From positions 64,001 to 128,000 of the forward strand of contig CAXXWX010000001.1 of NCBI GenBank assembly GCA_963675745.2: 64,000 nucleotides of DNA. The letters run 5' to 3'. A model generated the notes under the pieces. The model ran no database searches. It was not told where the DNA came from and saw nothing but the letters and a program-made list of their open reading frames with translations. Below are positions 29,331 through 41,205 of this stretch, in pieces; within the stretch, counting starts at the first letter, position 1, and the number at the start of each line of letters is the position of its first letter. Origin of the DNA: Phycisphaerae bacterium (GTDB taxonomy: Bacteria; Planctomycetota; Phycisphaerae; UBA1845; Fen-1342). The position numbers were made by a program, and so were the translations under genes.

Positions 29331-29984
29331 TCAGTCGGGCTGAGCCGACGACGACTCTGAAGGCACGGCCTGCGCCTCATCTGATGCGGCACCGCCACTG
29401 GCGAGCGCCGTACCAACGCGCTCGTGTTCGCGTATCAGCGTGACGGCCGAGGCCGGGTGTTCCGGGTTCTTGGGATTGGGGACCTTCCTGACGCTGACGA
29501 TGCCCATGCCGTGCAATTCGTCCAGCATCTCGCGGGCTTCTGGTGGTGTCAGGCCGATCTTGGCGAACATTTCCTTGACGATGTACCCGGCCCACATGAA
29601 TTCGTGCGTCTGCTCCAAGCGGTCGAACTCGCGCACAAACCAGTCGATCTGCTCATCATGGTCGAGCGTCACATCCGCCCTAAAGCCGGTAGGACCGGCA
29701 CTTGAGGCCTCGGCGTCGTCACGGCGTAACAAGGCATCGCCGGCCGTCGGTCGGTGGTGCTGGGGCTGGAACTCTATGTTCAGTTCGATCTGGAACGGCT
29801 TGAGGAGTGCGTCGCGCAGGGGACGGTCCGGGGCCATCGGCCGGTCCTCCGCGTCGAGAAACCGGACCGATTTGGCGTCAAAGACCTCACACAGCAGCCG
29901 TTCCACATCAGCGACGTTGTTGTTTCCGTGCGTCCGTGCGAGTCGATAAAGCACGGAGCGCAGGTGCGATTTCCAAGTATGCAT
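29331..29984 (-). CDS. Hypothetical protein with C-terminal winged-helix-like segment
   Basis: Open frame with plausible composition; C-terminal EAREMLDEL..MGIV...KVPNPKNP.HP.SA.TL. Confidence 0.6.
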   Translation of the reverse strand: MHTWKSHLRSVLYRLARTHGNNNVADVERLLCEVFDAKSVRFLDAEDRPMAPDRPLRDALLKPFQIELNIEFQPQHHRPTAGDALLRRDDAEASSAGPTGFRADVTLDHDEQIDWFVREFDRLEQTHEFMWAGYIVKEMFAKIGLTPPEAREMLDELHGMGIVSVRKVPNPKNPEHPASAVTLIREHERVGTALASGGAASDEAQAVPSESSSAQPD

Positions 29985-30272
29985 TAGCGCCCTCTCTAAC
30001 CACAGTCTAGCCCGCGCATGTGCGTGTGCAAGCAAAAAACGGCGATTCCCGGGCACGAATGGGCCGCACGGCGTCGCGGCCGGTTCGAGCGCTGGCGCAG
30101 CCTGATCGGCGCGGGCCGCGCTTGGTGGTCGCGCGTGACAGGCGCATAAAAAAAGAAAACAGTGGATGAAACCGGGAGACAGATCGCTCTGTCGCACGCC
30201 GCCCTTACGGGCGACTGAGAATGTGCTGACTGAATGCCGTCGGCCGGAGCCGTCGGCTTTCCAGGTATCCCC

Positions 30273-31859
<1,587 letters not shown>

Positions 31860-32080
31860 AAGAATCTGCGATCTCGACCCGTTTGGGTCGCTATCTATCC
31901 TGTAAATCGGAATCGACCAAACGGCCTCGCGCTGTGTGCGAATCCGTCTGGGTGTTCACCGTGCAAACCAGGCGTAACAACGCCCGAATGCGGCGAACAT
32001 CGGTTGCGTTTCGAGACAGCGCGGCCATCACAGCGGCCGCCGCGCCGCTCGTCACATTCTCACAGTTTCATCCACTGTTC

Positions 32081-32148
32081 ACTTGTCATAGATCTACCGG
32101 CCCTGTCAGGACGGTCCCGCATGTTAGCAGCTTCGCGCCCGCCTGCAA
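32081..32148 (-). promoter_or_regulatory. rRNA promoter and boxA-like element
   Basis: Minus strand TTGCAG-16 bp-TAACAT with GC-rich discriminator; boxA-like GATCTATGACAA near 32083-32094. Confidence 0.75.
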
Positions 32149-32414
32149 GCCCCCGGGCAGCGAAAACAGAGATTTTCCACGAAAAGCCCGAACGCGTGCG
32201 GCAAAATGCACCAAAATCAACTCCGCGTGACCCTCGATGGGACACTTGCCGATCGTGTATATTGAATCAAGGAATACCCCAGGGCACCAGCACGGAACGC
32301 GCCGGCGGCCGAGACGCATCGTCATGCCGCCTGCCCAGGAGCGACCCAAGACGCACCGAAGACACGCTGGGGGCTTGCCGATCAAGCCACTTACTGCAAC
32401 GCAGGAGGCATAAC

Positions 32415-34589
32415 ATGATCCATCAACGGAGCGTAACCTACATCGCCACATCCCTTGCTATCGCCGTATTTATCGGAACTTTAGGCGGCTGCCCAGGCTT
32501 TGTGTTCCCACCGCCGGGCACGCAGGACGACCCCCTAAACGGGTCGCCGGGCACCCCCGCCAAACTCATCGCTTTTGACTCCCCTGAGGCACTGCTTGAC
32601 TACTTCAAGACCGAGGGTCTGCGCCGAATCGAGCCCGACCCCAACCCGGTCGGGTTTTTCGATCTCTTCGGCATAGCCGCCCCGACCGCGGCCTCTCCCG
32701 GCGGGACCTTGGATGACGTGGCCAGTTTCGATCAGGCCGCGCCCGAAGATTCACGAGGCGGTGACGGCGGCGAGAATGCCGACGATTACTCCACGACAAA
32801 CCTGCAAGTCGCCGGCGTCGACGAAGCCGACATTTTCAAATCCGACGGCACTAACTTCTACTTCGCCAGCGGAAACCTGATCCGCATTCTCCAGGCCACT
32901 CCACTGGCGGACATGGCCGAATTGTCCACCATCGAAGTCGGCCACCAGATCAACGAAATGTACTTCTACCAGAACTTCCTGATCGTGATGGCGGTCCGCT
33001 ACGAGGAGTACCAGGGCGACGGCGTGGCCAGCCCCGGCATGCCTGAGCCCGCCATGGATGTCGGCTACGGCGGCTCCTATTACTACGGCGGCGTGCCGCG
33101 ATACATCATCGCGCAGATCGACATCAGCGATCCGGCCAACCCAGCGCTTGTTCATGAACTCGAGGTCGACGGCCTGATTCAGAATTCGCGTCTCACCGAC
33201 GGCCGGCTTGTGGTCATCACGAGCGTTTCGCCGAACATGCCCTACGACGGGCCGGCCATTCAAGCGCTGGAGCTGGATGACCTGATGCCAAACGTGCGCA
33301 CCGCGGCCGGCGCGGTGCCAATGGTCCACTGGAGTGGCTGGTACCATCCCGCCGAACACGACGGCTATCAAACCACCGCGGTCGTGACCATCGATGCCGG
33401 CAATGTCGAATCGATCATCGGAGCACTCGCCATCGTCGCGGACGCCGGCGTGGTCTACATGACGACGGACGCGCTTTACGTAACCGACGATGACTACAGC
33501 GATGACTATGGCTACCGGCCGATCACCGCGATTCACAAGATCACATTCGACGAAGCCGGCGTGCCTCAGTATGCCGCAAGCGGCAGCGTGCCGGGCCGCG
33601 TGCTGAACCAGTTCTCGCTGGACGAATACGAGGATCATCTGCGCCTGGCGACGCACGTTGAGGACTTCAGCTTCTTCTTCGAACCGTGGTTCCCTGACGT
33701 GATACTGTTCTCGGATGTGGCGGTGAGCGTTGGCAACGCTTCTCTGCGTGAGCAGGCCAACGAGCCGTCCGAGCCCTACAACGCGGTTTGGGTGCTGGGC
33801 CAGGATGGCGGCGCGCTGGAAATCACCGGCTCCGTCGAGAACATCGCGCCGGGCGAAGATATCTACGCCGCCCGCTTCCTGGGTGATCACGGATTCCTGG
33901 TCACGTTTGAGCGGATGGACCCGCTGTTCGTACTGAACCTCACCGATCCGGCCGACCCGCAACTGCTGGGCGAGCTCGAGATCCCCGGGTTCAGTGAATA
34001 CCTGCACCCCTATGGCGAGAACCACCTCATCGGCGTCGGCAGATCAACCGAGATCTCGGAGTGGGGCGGCACCATCGAGACGGGTGTCCAGCTCTCACTG
34101 TTCGATGTGAGCGACTGGGCCAATCCCACCGCCGTACAGCAGATCACCATCGGCGAGCAGGGCTCGTTCAGCGACGTCAGCAACACGCACAAGGCCTTCA
34201 CATTCCGCGAGGCGGACGGCCTGCTGGCGCTGCCGGCGGTTGTCACGATCCAGCGCGGCATGGAGTGGGGCTATCCGGTGTACGGTTACGAAGAGTCCGT
34301 GCTGCTGTTCCAGGTATCGACCGAAACGGGCTTCACGCAGCTCGGCCGGTTGGACGTCGCATATGAAGACGACGCGCCGCAGGATGACTGGTGGTATCAG
34401 AACTCCTGGCGCCGGGCCGCGTTCATCGGCGACACGCTGTATGCGGTCGCCCCCAGCGGCGTGCGCGGCGCGCCGCTTGACGACCTGTCAGCGGATTCGT
34501 CCGTGGGCTTCCCCCTCGTGACGACCGACTACTACTACGGGTACATGGACACGGTCGACGACGATGTTGACAGAGAAATCGACGAATAG
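32415..34589 (+). CDS. Beta-propeller-domain lipoprotein (Beta_propel / YkwD-unrelated secreted family)
   Basis: Lipobox LGG-C; YSTTNLQVAGVDEADIFKSDG, GRVLNQFSLDEY, EDIYAARF, DPLFV, GELEIPGFSEYLHP; SD aggagg before ATG 32415. Confidence 0.88.
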   Translation: MIHQRSVTYIATSLAIAVFIGTLGGCPGFVFPPPGTQDDPLNGSPGTPAKLIAFDSPEALLDYFKTEGLRRIEPDPNPVGFFDLFGIAAPTAASPGGTLDDVASFDQAAPEDSRGGDGGENADDYSTTNLQVAGVDEADIFKSDGTNFYFASGNLIRILQATPLADMAELSTIEVGHQINEMYFYQNFLIVMAVRYEEYQGDGVASPGMPEPAMDVGYGGSYYYGGVPRYIIAQIDISDPANPALVHELEVDGLIQNSRLTDGRLVVITSVSPNMPYDGPAIQALELDDLMPNVRTAAGAVPMVHWSGWYHPAEHDGYQTTAVVTIDAGNVESIIGALAIVADAGVVYMTTDALYVTDDDYSDDYGYRPITAIHKITFDEAGVPQYAASGSVPGRVLNQFSLDEYEDHLRLATHVEDFSFFFEPWFPDVILFSDVAVSVGNASLREQANEPSEPYNAVWVLGQDGGALEITGSVENIAPGEDIYAARFLGDHGFLVTFERMDPLFVLNLTDPADPQLLGELEIPGFSEYLHPYGENHLIGVGRSTEISEWGGTIETGVQLSLFDVSDWANPTAVQQITIGEQGSFSDVSNTHKAFTFREADGLLALPAVVTIQRGMEWGYPVYGYEESVLLFQVSTETGFTQLGRLDVAYEDDAPQDDWWYQNSWRRAAFIGDTLYAVAPSGVRGAPLDDLSADSSVGFPLVTTDYYYGYMDTVDDDVDREIDE

Positions 34590-34659
34590 CGGCAACGACA
34601 GGAACGACCACAGGTAGGGCATCATCTCCGAAGTGCATTCGGCGCCCGGCCGCACAGCG

Positions 34660-36900
34660 CTAGTCGGCTGGGACCGGTGATGGCATCGGCTCAGTCTTGG
34701 GCCGGCCGGGCGACGGATGCATGGAAAAGACCAGCAGGACACCCACAACGGTCAGGCCCAGTGCCGCCGCCGTCCAGATCGGCGACACAGCGCCATCTTC
34801 CGCGCCGATCACACCGGCGTCTGCGAGCGCGGTCTCCAGGGCCGGCACTTCGCTCAGTAGAATCAGCATCGCATTGTGCATCATGTGAGCGATGACCGCC
34901 GGCCAGATCGATCCGCCGCGCAACACCAGGAGTCCGAACAGCAGCCCCAGCGCTCCGGTGACGATCAGTCGATATACGCTGTGGTGAAACATGGCGAATG
35001 CAAACGCGGTGATAAGCAGTGCCGCCCATTTGCCGAGCGACCCGCGCAGGCCTTGCAGCACATACCCTCTGAAGAACAGCTCTTCCACGAAACCGGGCGT
35101 GAACGCCAGCGCGACAAGCACCAGCCAGAGCGGCGCGGCGCTGATCATCTGCTGAATCTGGGCGTGGCCGACTTCGGCCTCGGGCGGTATCGGCATCCAG
35201 CCGGCCTGAAACGAGAGCCAGGCGGCCGTCAACAGCCATGTCGAACACCCGAAACACAGCGCGGCCAGCAGCCCCGCGACGCGCGGCTTGTGAAGGGCGA
35301 ACGCCGTCAGCGGCCGCACACGCGTGTAGACCGCGGCCATGTATGGGAACAGCCCCAGCAACCCTGTCAGCAACAGCACCAGTCCGGAAAGGTACCGCAC
35401 CGGCTGCGCCAGCAGCTCGACGCCCAGCAGCGTCTGGCTGATGAAGAAGTGCAGCAGATAGGCCACCGCGAGTACAAGGAATGCCATCGCCGCCGTCGGT
35501 ACCGCGCGGGCCTTGAAGAACCGTCGCACGAACAGGGATTTGATCGACCCGCTGTCAGCGAACAGCACGGCTTCCTGCCCGAAGAGCTTGGCGGCGACCG
35601 CCACCGCCGCGCCCGCGTAGATCGACGACGACATCGTCACCCACAAGATGTTCAGCGCGTCGATGCGCCCCATGAACAGATCGCGCGTGAGCAGCACGAT
35701 GTTCGCCACCGGAATCACCAGCAAGGGGCCTTCGAGCCGTGAGCCGGGCAGGGTCCCCACCACTGCCGGAATCATCGCCGCCACCATCACCGGCATCACG
35801 TAGTTCTGGGCTTCCTTAAAGCTGCGGGCAAAGCTGCACACCGCGAGCAGCGCGGCGCTGAACATCACCGCCAGCGGGATGAGCACTATGAGCACCCAGG
35901 GCATGGCGGCCAGTGGGAAAACCACTTCGCCGCCTTTGGCCAGAATGTCACCCAACCCGCCCAGGTAAACGGTCCCCGCCACGGAGAGCAGGTTCAGTGT
36001 CGCGCTCAGCATCCCGATCAACGTCACCACGATGAACTTGCCCGCGATCAGGTCCACGGTCGGCACCGGGGCGACCATCAGCGTCTCAAGCGTGCCGCGC
36101 TCGCGCTCGCCGGCGGTCAGATCGATGGCCGGATAGATCGCTCCCGAGATGGTCATCACGATCAGAATGAACGGCACGATCTGACCCAGGATCGACCCGC
36201 CGACGCGTTCGGGCGTCGCCACCAGGTCCACCTTGATATCCAGCGGCGAGAGCACGGACGGGTCGAGCCCGTGCTGCGTCAGACGGACCTCAACCATCTT
36301 TGCCTGGAGCCGCGAGAGAATCCCCTGCAAGCCGGGGGCGGCGTAGCGATAGCTGCGGTACTCCGTCTGGTCATAGACGAGCGTCACGTGCGACTGCGGG
36401 CCCGAATCAAATGTCGGCAGCGGCCCGTCAACCAGAATGCCGACATGGGCGGCGCCGCTCTTGACTGTCTCACGCACATTCTTGGTGATCAGAATCCGGA
36501 AGTCCGGCGGCCGGCTGCGCGCGTCGGCGTCGGCGGCTTCATCATTGCTGGCGATGACGTCGGGTGGCGGGGCCGCCTCGGCGGTCGGGTTCTCGCGCAT
36601 CTCCTGTCGCAGCTCGGGCAAGTCCTCCGCCGCGACATCCACGCCGGCCGGATGACGCGTCAGGTCCGCGTCGATGCGCGCCCGCAGCCAATGCGCGACC
36701 TGCTCATCGGCGACGGCGATGATGTACACCTCTTGCTCCATGCTGGTCGATTGCAGCTCGAACGCCTGGAGCGACCCCAGCATGAGGGCCGGGTAGAGGA
36801 TGATCGGCACAATCACCATGGCCATCACGGTGCGCCGATCACGCAGCGTGTCGCGCAGCTCTTTGCGCCAGATCGTGTTAATCCGCGAGAATCGAGTCAT
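34660..36900 (-). CDS. ABC-2 permease (NatB-like) fused to a CPBP/Abi intramembrane metalloprotease
   Basis: KELRDTLRDRRT, AGERERGTLETL; CPBP motifs EELFFRG, FAMFH, AHMMHN. Confidence 0.9.
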   Translation of the reverse strand: MTRFSRINTIWRKELRDTLRDRRTVMAMVIVPIILYPALMLGSLQAFELQSTSMEQEVYIIAVADEQVAHWLRARIDADLTRHPAGVDVAAEDLPELRQEMRENPTAEAAPPPDVIASNDEAADADARSRPPDFRILITKNVRETVKSGAAHVGILVDGPLPTFDSGPQSHVTLVYDQTEYRSYRYAAPGLQGILSRLQAKMVEVRLTQHGLDPSVLSPLDIKVDLVATPERVGGSILGQIVPFILIVMTISGAIYPAIDLTAGERERGTLETLMVAPVPTVDLIAGKFIVVTLIGMLSATLNLLSVAGTVYLGGLGDILAKGGEVVFPLAAMPWVLIVLIPLAVMFSAALLAVCSFARSFKEAQNYVMPVMVAAMIPAVVGTLPGSRLEGPLLVIPVANIVLLTRDLFMGRIDALNILWVTMSSSIYAGAAVAVAAKLFGQEAVLFADSGSIKSLFVRRFFKARAVPTAAMAFLVLAVAYLLHFFISQTLLGVELLAQPVRYLSGLVLLLTGLLGLFPYMAAVYTRVRPLTAFALHKPRVAGLLAALCFGCSTWLLTAAWLSFQAGWMPIPPEAEVGHAQIQQMISAAPLWLVLVALAFTPGFVEELFFRGYVLQGLRGSLGKWAALLITAFAFAMFHHSVYRLIVTGALGLLFGLLVLRGGSIWPAVIAHMMHNAMLILLSEVPALETALADAGVIGAEDGAVSPIWTAAALGLTVVGVLLVFSMHPSPGRPKTEPMPSPVPAD

Positions 36901-37630
36901 CCGCTGCCACCAGGCTCAGAAAGACCTCGCTGAGCCGCTGCACGCCGGTCTGTTGGCGCAGGGCCTCCAGATCACTGTCGGCGATGAGTTTACCGTTATG
37001 TATCAGCCCGATGCGCCGGCAGAGGGTTTCGATCTCATCCAGCGCGTGCGTTGACAGAACGACCGTTTTGCCCGCCGATGCCTGGCTGTGGATGAATCCC
37101 AGGATCAGGCGGTTGCTGAGCACGTCGAGGCCGAGCGTCGGCTCGTCCATGATCAGTACCGGCGGGTCGGCGATCAGCGCGCGGGCGATGCTGGTACGCT
37201 GTTTCTGCCCGGTCGACAGCGCTCCGCAGCGCAGACGCATGAAGGGCGGCATATCCAGCCACTCCACGAGCTCCTGGATACGCTTTTGAGCCTGCGCGCG
37301 ATCCAGCCCGTACAGAGCCGCGAAGTATTCGAGCACCTCCAGCGGTGTCAGCCGCGCGTAGAGCTCGGTGCGGGCCGTGAGGTAGCCGATGCTGCGTTTC
37401 ACGTCCTCCGGGCGGTCGGTCACGTCAACGTCATTGATGTATACGCGTCCGCTGGTCGGGCGCAGGAGCCCGCCGATCATGCGCAGCGTGGTGGTCTTGC
37501 CGGCCCCGTTGGGCCCGAGCAGACCATAGATTTCGCCCGGTGACGCCTCGAACGTGATGTGATCGACAGCGGTTTTCTCGGTCCCGTCCGGATTGGGAAA
37601 CCGCTTGGTTAGCTGCTCGACACGGATCAT
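36878..37630 (-). CDS. ABC transporter ATP-binding protein (NatA-like)
   Basis: Walker A GPNGAGKT, LSTGQKQR, Walker B IMDEPT, H-loop STH. Confidence 0.93.
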   Translation of the reverse strand: MIRVEQLTKRFPNPDGTEKTAVDHITFEASPGEIYGLLGPNGAGKTTTLRMIGGLLRPTSGRVYINDVDVTDRPEDVKRSIGYLTARTELYARLTPLEVLEYFAALYGLDRAQAQKRIQELVEWLDMPPFMRLRCGALSTGQKQRTSIARALIADPPVLIMDEPTLGLDVLSNRLILGFIHSQASAGKTVVLSTHALDEIETLCRRIGLIHNGKLIADSDLEALRQQTGVQRLSEVFLSLVAADDSILAD

Positions 37631-37952
37631 AAAGTTCCAATAATCCACGGCATACAGGGGCCGGTGTTCATATCTATCGTCGATCGGCGGCGCATTCCTG
37701 ACACGATTCGTCAGTTGAATTCGCCGGCGAGGCCAACAGAGTGTATAGCATTTTCGCCTCGGCGTAATGTTCGCTGATTCCCTTTCCGGCGCAGCAACGC
37801 CACGCGGACAGCACTGGACACGGCAACCGCCAAGTCGCTACCTTGTGGATACTGGGGGCGGCAATGCTCTACCGGGCCGCCGCCGCCGCGTGCATATCGG
37901 TGTCGGAGTGGTGGGAAGCGTATGGTGCGGTAGCAACAAGGGAGGGTCGGCG

Positions 37953-40062
37953 ATGAGAACACTGGCACTGACCGCGGCAATGCTCATCTGCGCCACGGCG
38001 GCGCGGGCGGATACGGTTCTGGTGGAACCGGTCGGGCAGATTGGTGGGGTGTGCAATGACGTGGCCGTCGTCGGTGATCTGGCCTACATGGGTATCGGCC
38101 CCCGCCTGGTGATTCTGGATGTGTCCGACCGGTCCAATCCGACCTTCCTGGGCCAGTCGGAGGTGCTGCCGGATATTGTCTTCGGCGTAACGGTCTCGGG
38201 CGACTATGCTTACGTGGCGGCTTCCTACGCTGGTCTTCAGGTGATCAACATCTCGGATTCCGCCGCCCCGTTTCAGGTAGGGGCGTACGACACGAGCGCG
38301 GCTGCCTGCGACGTCGTGGTCGTGGGCGACTACGCCTACGTGGCTGATCACTACCGCGGTCTGAAAGTGATCAACATCTCGAATCCGGCCGCCCCATTTC
38401 TGGCCGGCGCTTACGACACGAGCGGGCAGGCCGTCGACGTAGTGGTCTCGGGTAGCCATGCCTACGTGGCTGATTATCACGGCGGTCTTCAGGTGATCAA
38501 CATCTCAAACCCGACTGCCCCGGTTTTGGAGGGTGCATGGGATGACGCAGACGGATCCGCCTCCGGCGTCGCGGTCGCCGGTGACTACGCCTATGTCGCG
38601 TACGGCATTGCCGGTCTTCAGGTGATCAACATCTCAAACCCGGCCACGCCTGTGTGGGTGGGCGCCTGCGATACCAGCGAGTCCGCCAGCGATGTCGCGA
38701 TCGTGGACAATCACGCATTCGTGGCGAGTAACTACTCTGGTCTTCAGGTTGTGGACATCTCAGATCCGGCCGCCCCCGTCCGGGACGGTGGATGGGACAC
38801 AAGTGGGCGTTCAGACGCCGTGGTGGTCTTGGGCGACTACGCCTACGTGGCAGACTACATGGCCGGTTTTCAGATCATCAACATCTCGGTCCCAGCTGCC
38901 CCCGTACAGGAGGGCGCGTACGGCACGTTCCACGTCGGCGCCGTTGCGGTCCTGGGCACGCACGTGCACGTGGCGGGAGGGTATGTCGGTCTTCAGCTCG
39001 TCAACGTCGCGAATCCTGCTGCTCCGTTCGAGGAGGGCAGACTCGACACGAGCGGGAGTGCCTCGGGCCTTGCGGTCTTGGGTGACTACGCCTACGTGGC
39101 GGACTGGGAGGGGGGTCTGCAGGTGATCAATACCGCGAACCCGTCCGCTCCGTTTCGTGCGGGCGGATGCAACATGAGCGGGCGTGCCAGGGGCGTTGCG
39201 GTCGTGGGCGACTACGCCTACGTGGCGGCCTGGGATGCCGGTCTTCAGGTGATCAACATCTCGAACCCGGTCGCCCCTGTCCCGGAAGGCGCGCACGACA
39301 CAAGCGGGTTGGCCAACGCGGTGGCGGTCTCGGGCGATTACGCGTACGTAGCGGATCGCGATGGCGGTCTTCAAGTGATCAACATCTCCAATCCTTCCAG
39401 CCCCACGCTGGCAGGTGCATGCGCCACAAGCGGGTATGCCTACGACGTGGCAGTCTTGGGTGACTACGCCTACGTAACGTGCGGCAACGCCGGTCTTCAG
39501 GTAATCGACATTTCGACCCCCGCCGCTCCGGTCTTGGCCGGCACGTACGAGACGACAGATCCCGCTGCGGGTATTGTCATCTCTGGTGACTGTGCTTACT
39601 TGGGAGTCGGCTCCACCGGTCTTCAGGTGATCAACATCTCGAACCCGGCTGCCCCGCTCCTGGCAGGCGGGCACGACACGAGTGTCGGCAGGCGGCGCCG
39701 TGCGGCGGTGTTGGGCGACCACGCCTACGTCGGCGATGGGGAGGGTGGCTTGGTCATCCTGCACGTCACACCCGACTGCAACGAGAACGGCGTTTCCGAT
39801 AGCGACGACATCGCCGGCGGCGCGAGTACCGACCTTAACGCCAACGGCATCCCGGACGAGTGCGAACGGCTGCTCGGCGACATGAACTGTGACGGGTTGG
39901 GCCAACAACGGCGACATCGACGCGTTTGTCTTCGCCATGTCGTATCCCGAGCAATATCCCGACGAATACCCGGATTGCGACATCATGAACGGCGACATCA
40001 ACGGCGACGGGTGGGTCAATAACGGCGATATCGACGCGTTTGTGGAGTTGCTCGTGCAGTGA
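37953..40062 (+). CDS. Secreted LVIVD-repeat protein (14 repeats) with C-terminal dockerin-like tail; one +1 frameshift at ~39900
   Basis: 14 ~42-aa units GDYAYVA...GLQVINISNP; removing one G at ~39900 restores GDMNCDGLANNGDIDAFV...NGDINGDGWVNNGDIDAFVELL-stop. Confidence 0.85.
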
Positions 40063-40076
40063 GCCGGTGAATTGCT

Positions 40077-40292
40077 CGTGCGAGAATCCTCTCTCGCACG
40101 TTCCTTTGCGGGAATCACATCCCGCGGTCATACGATGCGCGAAGCGGCTCTCGCCGGCGTGGGTGCGAGATATGAATCTCGCACCAGCGTGCGATTAGTT
40201 GACGGCGTTGGGTGCCATGCCGACGGCTGTTCGCGTCGGCATGCTTTTCCGCCGACGAGGACACCTTTGCCGGTTGAAAACCGGTTCCACAA
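40077..40292. repeat. Cluster of REP-like palindromes between convergent genes
   Basis: cgtgcgaga/tctcgcacg (40077-40100), gcggga/tcccgc, ggtgcgagat/atctcgcacc (40162-40185), catgccgacg/cgtcggcatg, and a minus-strand GTGG-aaccggttttcaaccgg. Confidence 0.7.
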
Positions 40293-40295
40293 CCA

Positions 40296-41119
40296 CTATG
40301 CGACCGCGTCGCGGATACGCTGGCAGGTGGCGAGCACACGCTCAAGATCAGCGAGCGGCCAGACGGTGGCCGCGTCACTGTGTGCGTTCGGCGGGTCGTC
40401 GTGTACTTCCATAAACAGCGCGTCGATGCCCGCGGCGACCGCCGCACGGGTGAGCAGCGGCACGAAACGTCGCGCGCCGCCGGTGGTGGAACCCTCGCCG
40501 CCGGGGTATTGGACCGAATGGGTGGCGTCGAAGACTACCGGGGCGAACTCGCGCATGGTCTCGAAGCCGGTGAAATCGTTGATCAACCGCTCATACCCGA
40601 AGGACGTGCCCCGATCCGTGACCAGAACGTTCTCATTGCCGCTCTCGCGCACCTTCTCAACGGCGAGCCGCATCTTCTCGGGTGAGAGGAACTGCCCCTT
40701 CTTGATGTTGACGCAGCGGCCGGTCTTTCGCCGCCGCCACGAGCAGAGTCAGTCTGACGACACAGGAACGCGGGGACTTGTACGCAATCCAGAACTTCGC
40801 CGGCGGCCGCGGCCTGCGACGGCTCGTGAATATCGGACAACACCGGCACGCCGACCTGGTCGCGGACGGCGGCCAAAACGCGCAGCCCCTCTTCCAAGCC
40901 AGGTCCACGCCGCGAGTGAACGCTCGACCGATTGGCCTTGTCGAAGCTCGCTTTGAAGACAAACGGCAGCCCGACCTTGGCCGCGATGCCGGCGATCTGT
41001 TCGGCCAGCCGCAGACTGTGCTCGAGGGTCTCAATCACGCACGGGCCGGCGATCAGAACCAGCGGATTTCCAGCGCCGACTTCGTAGCGTCCGATCTTTC
41101 CAGTCTTTTGGGCATTCAT
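40296..41119 (-). CDS. kdsA: 3-deoxy-8-phosphooctulonate (KDO8P) synthase, interrupted by two +1 insertions (probably sequence errors)
   Basis: IAGPCVIE, FKASFDKANRSS, PAFLCRQTD, NIKKGQFL, DATHSVQ, LFMEVH spread over three frames; breaks near 40747 and 40727. Confidence 0.9.
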
Positions 41120-41205
41120 AACGGCATCTTATCATCGACCAGCCGCGCTCGACCAGAGACTGGCGAGATGATTGGACACCGGGCCTTATCTTTCACACGG
41201 TTGAA

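Noticed and set aside
38200..39700. Regularly spaced DNA repeats resembling a CRISPR array
   Set aside because: They are coding LVIVD repeats with ~126-bp period and homologous 'spacers'; no cas genes in the window
40296..41119. kdsA as a true pseudogene or programmed frameshift
   Set aside because: Two isolated insertions with otherwise intact motifs, no slippery site, and a third insertion nearby point to consensus error
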